13,451 nucleotides of DNA. Source: Gemmatimonadota bacterium. Lineage in GTDB: Bacteria > Gemmatimonadota > Gemmatimonadetes > Longimicrobiales > RSA9. Positions within the stretch are counted from its first letter, which is position 1, and every line of letters begins with the position of its first letter. The notes beneath the pieces were generated by a model. That model worked only from the letters and a program-made list of their open reading frames with translations. It ran no database searches and was not told where the DNA came from. Both the position numbers and the translations under genes were made by a program. Below, in pieces: positions 8,598-13,451 of this stretch. Where the stretch lies: NCBI GenBank assembly GCA_040905425.1, contig JBBDRO010000089.1, forward strand, positions 5,990 through 19,440, read 5' to 3'.

Positions 8598-8950
8598 CTG
8601 CATGGCGGACTCTGCCCGATATGCGAGTGAAGCCGATCCAGCCCGACAGATTCTATAACGAAGCTCGCATCAACGACGGGGACCGGCTCGTACACCGGAT
8701 CGAAAGCGACACGTTATGGGTGGTCGATGTCGTGCCACCAGTAAGAGCTTTTCAAGACCACGACGTTGAAGAGGGAGCGCGCGGCATTCTGGCTCCATGG
8801 AGCTGGCAGGGCTCAGAGCAGCGTCGCCGCAAGAGCTACGAGCGCGCGCGAATCCAGCGTTGCGCGAATGTCGCTCATGAAGATTTCAGGCGGTGCGCGA
8901 ACTTCTGGCGGAATTTGGCCACCTTGGGATTGATGACCGCCTGGCAATAG
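8594..8950 (+). pseudogene. Possible remnant of a RelE/ParE-like toxin gene (C-terminal half only)
   Basis: The segment PDMRVKPIQPDRFYNEARINDGDRLVHRIESDTLWVVDVV resembles the beta-sheet half of RelE-superfamily proteins. The N-terminal helices are absent. The region looks more AT-rich than its flanks, and the ORF runs 76 nt into the convergent msrA. Confidence 0.35.
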
Positions 8951-9423
8951 GCCTGCTCGGGATTCCGCGCCAGATAGTTCTCGTGGTAGGCCTCCGCCGG
9001 CCAGAAGCGCTCCAGCGGCTCGATCGCCGTGACGATGGGGTCCTCCCACGGGCCGTCCGCCTCCAGCGCCGTTTTCATCTCCCGCGCCACCCGCGCCTGC
9101 TCCTCGGACTCGGTGAGGATGATGGAGCGGTACTGCGTGCCCACGTCGCCGCCCTGGCGGTTCAGGGTAGTGGGGTCGTGAATGGCAAAGAAGATTTCCA
9201 GCAACTCACTGTAGGGGAGCTCGTCGGGATCGTAGGTCACCCGCACCACCTCCGCGTGGCCGGTGGCGCCGGTGCACACCTGCTCGTAGGTGGGATCGGG
9301 CGCCGTACCGCCCGCGTAACCCGACGCCACCGCCTGCACGCCCTGGAGCTGCCGGAAGATGGCGTCCAGGCACCAGAAGCAGCCGCCGCCCAGTGTGGAG
9401 GTCTCCGTTTTGGCTCCGCTCAT
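8875..9423 (-). CDS. msrA: Peptide methionine sulfoxide reductase A (182 aa)
   Basis: Motifs GGGCFWC, SGYAGG, PTYEQVCTGATGHAEVV, HDPTTLNRQGGDVGTQYRS and AEAYH..Y...YC. ATG at 9423 is preceded by GAAAGG. Confidence 0.97.
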   Translation of the reverse strand: MSGAKTETSTLGGGCFWCLDAIFRQLQGVQAVASGYAGGTAPDPTYEQVCTGATGHAEVVRVTYDPDELPYSELLEIFFAIHDPTTLNRQGGDVGTQYRSIILTESEEQARVAREMKTALEADGPWEDPIVTAIEPLERFWPAEAYHENYLARNPEQAYCQAVINPKVAKFRQKFAHRLKSS

Positions 9424-9529
9424 GACCTTTCTTCTTCCCCTCTGACCTTGCGCCGCGCGGTCCCGCCGCGCATTCCTTGTGCGCCCCATCCGCGTTCACG
9501 TGTGCCCTGTCTACACGAACCCAGAGACG

Positions 9530-10083
9530 ATGAACGTCCTCCTGCGCATGGCCCGCGCCATCGATCGCGCCAATGAAGGTATCGGTCGCGCCGCTTCCTG
9601 GCTGGCGGTGATCATGGTGCTCATCGGGGCCTACAACGCCATCGTCCGCTACCTGGGCCGCTATATAGGTTTCAACCTGAGTTCCAACGCCTACATCGAG
9701 ATGCAGTGGTACCTCTTCTCACTGCTTTTCCTGCTGGGTGCCGCGTGGACGCTCAAGCAGGATGCCCACGTGCGTGTGGATGTGTTCTACGCGCGCGTCT
9801 CGGATCGCGCCAGATCCTGGATCAACGTGGTGGGCAGTGTGCTGTTCCTCATCCCGTTCTGCGTGTTCGTGCTCTGGGTCTCGTGGCCGGCCGTGCGCAA
9901 CTCGTGGCAGGTGCGGGAGGTGTCGCCCGATCCTGGCGGCCTGGTGCGCTGGCCGCTCAAGGCGGTCATCCTGGTGGCCTTCGCGCTCCTCCTGCTGCAG
10001 GCGCTGTCCGAACTGGTGAAGGAGATCGACCGGCTACGCCAGCGGGCGCCACGGGCGGCGGAGTCCCACGGGGAGGGCGTCTG

Positions 10084-10084
<1 letters not shown>
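9530..10084 (+). CDS. dctQ: TRAP transporter small permease subunit (184 aa)
   Basis: Four TM segments, with SNAYIEMQWYLF, HVRVDVFY and SPDPGGL motifs. The stop overlaps the dctM start (TGATG at 10082-10086). Confidence 0.93.
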
Positions 10085-11406
<1,322 letters not shown>

Positions 11407-11466
11407 GCGACGTCCCCCGTCCGCTCACCGGCGCCCGTCATCCCCGCCCGCGCACGCCCCTGTCCG

Positions 11467-12816
11467 TCAGGCCGTGCCGTCTTCCGGGAAGGCGAAGTTG
11501 GCGTACGCCTGCTCCGCCGTGTTGAACCAGCGGAAACTATCCTCCTTGAAGCCCTTCCACTGGTCGTAGATCTTGCGGTAGCTGGCCTCCGCCGACGAAC
11601 TCTGCTCGAGCATATCCACCGTGGACGTGCGCGCTGCCCGCATGATCTCCGGCGAGTAGCGGCGCAGTTGCACGCCGCCCGCGATGAGGCGCTCGAGCGC
11701 GGCCGGGTTCTGGGCGTCGTAGACGGTCTGCGTGTGTAGCGCAGCCCAGGCGGCGGCCAGGCGGAACGCCTCCTGGTAGGCGGACGGCAGGCTGTCCCAC
11801 GCGCGCCGGTTCACCATGAAGGACATGGAGGGGCCGGGCTCCCACCAGCCGGGGTAGTAGTAGAAACGCGCGGCGTTCTGGAAGCCGAGCTTCTCGTCGT
11901 CGTAGGGCCCCACCCACTCGGTGGCGTCGATGGCGCCGCGCTCGAGGGCGGGATAGATGTCCCCACCGGCGAGCTGCTGCACCGTGACCCCCAGGCGGTC
12001 CATCACCTGGCCGCCCAGGCCGGGGATGCGCATGGTGATGCCCCTCAGGTCGGCCACCGTGTTCACCTCCCGCTTGAACCAGCCGCCCATCTGGGCGCCC
12101 GTGTTGCCGGCCGGGAAGGTGATGATGCCGAAGTCGGCGTAGATCTCATGCATGAGCTCCAGCCCGCCGCCCTGGTAGAGCCAGGCGTCCTGCTGGCGTG
12201 ACGTGAGGCCGAAGGGCACGGCCGTGTCGAAGGCCAGGGCGGGGTGCTTGCCCGTGTAGTAGTAGCCCGCCGTGTGCCCCACCTGCACCGTCCCCTGCTG
12301 CGCCGCGTCCATGACCTGCAGCGCGGGCACCAGCTCCCCCGCCGGGTACGCCCGGATCTCGAAGCGGCCGTCCGTCAGCTCGGAGAGCTTCTCACCCAGC
12401 CGCTCGGCGCTGCCATAGAGCGCATCCAGCGGCCGCGGAAACGTGGAGGCCACCCGCCAGCGCACGCGCTCGTTGCTGAGGACGGCGGGGGCGTCACCGC
12501 CGCCGCCGCCACCGCACGCGGAAAGCAGCGTCCCGCCGGCCGCGGCCGTGGCCACGCCCAGGAAGGCGCGGCGGTGGAGGCGGTCGGAGGGCGCGGTGTC
12601 GGCCGGATCGGGCGCGTTGTCGACTGCGGCGCCGGCCGGGCCGGGCGCACCTTCGGCGGCGGCCGTTTCGGTGGCGGCTGCGGCCGGCGCCTCTTCGGCT
12701 GCGGCGTTGGCCTGGCCGGGCGCGCCATCAGCTACGGCCGGTTCGGCGGCGCCAGCCTTCGCCGCGGCGGCGCGTTCGCTGTCGTTGGCATTACCGGCGT
12801 CGGTGGGCTTCGACAT
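11467..12816 (-). CDS. dctP: TRAP substrate-binding protein, TakP/alpha-keto-acid-like subfamily; predicted Tat lipoprotein (449 aa)
   Basis: Motifs GNTGAQMGGWFKRE, MRIPGLGGQV, LERGAIDATEWVGPYDDEKLG and YYYPGWWEPG. Twin-arginine RRAFL is at residues 82-86 and the lipobox LSA-C ends at Cys101. ATG 12816 has a GAGGT Shine-Dalgarno upstream. Confidence 0.93.
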   Translation of the reverse strand: MSKPTDAGNANDSERAAAAKAGAAEPAVADGAPGQANAAAEEAPAAAATETAAAEGAPGPAGAAVDNAPDPADTAPSDRLHRRAFLGVATAAAGGTLLSACGGGGGGDAPAVLSNERVRWRVASTFPRPLDALYGSAERLGEKLSELTDGRFEIRAYPAGELVPALQVMDAAQQGTVQVGHTAGYYYTGKHPALAFDTAVPFGLTSRQQDAWLYQGGGLELMHEIYADFGIITFPAGNTGAQMGGWFKREVNTVADLRGITMRIPGLGGQVMDRLGVTVQQLAGGDIYPALERGAIDATEWVGPYDDEKLGFQNAARFYYYPGWWEPGPSMSFMVNRRAWDSLPSAYQEAFRLAAAWAALHTQTVYDAQNPAALERLIAGGVQLRRYSPEIMRAARTSTVDMLEQSSSAEASYRKIYDQWKGFKEDSFRWFNTAEQAYANFAFPEDGTA

Positions 12817-12930
12817 GCGCGTGCACCTCGTGTGGAGTCGGCGATGTAGTTGGTGAGGATCTGGTAGGATACTGCGTGACTCCGCCACGCGCACCCCGGG
12901 GGCGGGAGTGCGGTGGCTGGGCGTCATCCG

Positions 12931-13082
12931 GCCGTGCCGCTGCTCTGCCGCACTGCCGCGCCGCCGGCAGGCCGCACTGCCGCGCCGCCGGCAGGCCGCA
13001 CTGCCGCACTGCCGCTCTGCCGGCAGGCCGCACTGCCGCACTGCCGCACTGCCGCTCTGCCGCTCTGTCGCTCTGTCGCCAG
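12931..13082. repeat. Degenerate 8-bp tandem repeat (consensus GCCGCACT), about 19 units, with a 24-bp higher-order unit
   Basis: Units GCCGCACT, GCCGCGCC, GCCGGCAG, GCCGCTCT and GTCGCTCT stay in strict 8-nt register. GCCGCACT-GCCGCGCC-GCCGGCAG is repeated exactly at 12947-12970 and 12971-12994. Confidence 0.92.
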
Positions 13083-13176
13083 GTCGTTCGGGCGTCGTCC
13101 CTTAAGCGTGGTCCGACCGATGCGCCCTACCGCCGCCCGTGCTCCATACGCGCATCAGGATGTCCCAAATATCCCA

Positions 13177-13201
13177 TTGACGGATTTTTAGGCGCGCCTA
13201 A
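13177..13201. promoter_or_regulatory. Candidate -35 (TTGACG) plus perfect palindrome TTAGGCGCGCCTAA, DtxR/MntR-type operator-like
   Basis: TTGACG at 13177-13182 and a 14-bp perfect palindrome at 13188-13201, within a locally AT-rich patch. No convincing -10 was found at canonical spacing. Confidence 0.5.
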
Positions 13202-13396
13202 CTGGTCCACTCTACCCCACCACCATTCGCCGTCAGGAAGGCGTGTCGGGAGCCGCCTGCTGGCCCTCGTCGGTAAGAGCCGAGCCCGCTGACCTGGAGA
13301 GCCCTTCACGGCCCTTGTGCGTCCACTCAGAGAGTCGAAAAACCACCCCTTATATTACCGGAAGTCATTGGAACCACTGGGTAAAGGAGGAGTTCG

Positions 13397-13451
13397 ATGG
13401 GTGGACGCGCGGAGGGTGTGAGCTACGCGGAGCGGATGGCGCGGAGCGGGC
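13397..13451 (+). CDS. Start of an unidentified gene, 3'-truncated by the window edge (MGGRAEGVSYAERMARSG...)
   Basis: Strong Shine-Dalgarno AAAGGAGG (13383-13390) 6 nt before ATG 13397. The frame is open to the end of the window. Confidence 0.6.
   Translation, partial: MGGRAEGVSYAERMARSG

Noticed and set aside
9706..10083. 126-codon upstream extension of dctM suggesting a fusion
   Set aside because: It is an alternative frame of dctQ. The TGATG overlap at 10082-10086 marks the real start.
12931..13082. CRISPR array
   Set aside because: No unique spacers, the unit is only 8 bp, and no cas genes are present.
12817..13292. Cys/Arg-rich repeat peptides (GSAACRRR, PHCRAAGR) that look like metallothionein or RiPP precursors
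   Set aside because: They are translations of the 8-bp DNA repeat, open in several frames and lacking ribosome-binding sites.
13225..13390. Known riboswitch (cobalamin, glycine, Moco, TPP, SAM)
   Set aside because: Only short fragmentary resemblances; the conserved cores could not be found by eye.

Overview
GC-rich bacterial DNA. The gene content suggests a Gemmatimonadota-like host, which is an inference only. From left to right the window holds: the 3' part of a BNR/Asp-box (VPS10/sortilin-like) beta-propeller glycosyl hydrolase-like gene followed by a 14-bp-stem hairpin; a small secreted or membrane protein; a degenerate receiver-domain gene divergent from a small HTH gene; an SNF2 helicase plus SWIM zinc-finger pair resembling M. 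tuberculosis helZ/Rv2101-Rv2102; a possible RelE/ParE-like toxin remnant; msrA; and a TRAP transporter with dctQM convergent on a Tat-lipoprotein dctP. The right end has an 8-bp-unit tandem repeat, a TTAGG-N4-CCTAA (DtxR/MntR-like) palindrome and the start of a further gene. The best candidate for an undescribed system is the block at about 2988-8950, where the SWIM protein carries an extra C-terminal 4-Cys zinc-ribbon-like domain. All family assignments come from motif recognition by eye; no searches were run.
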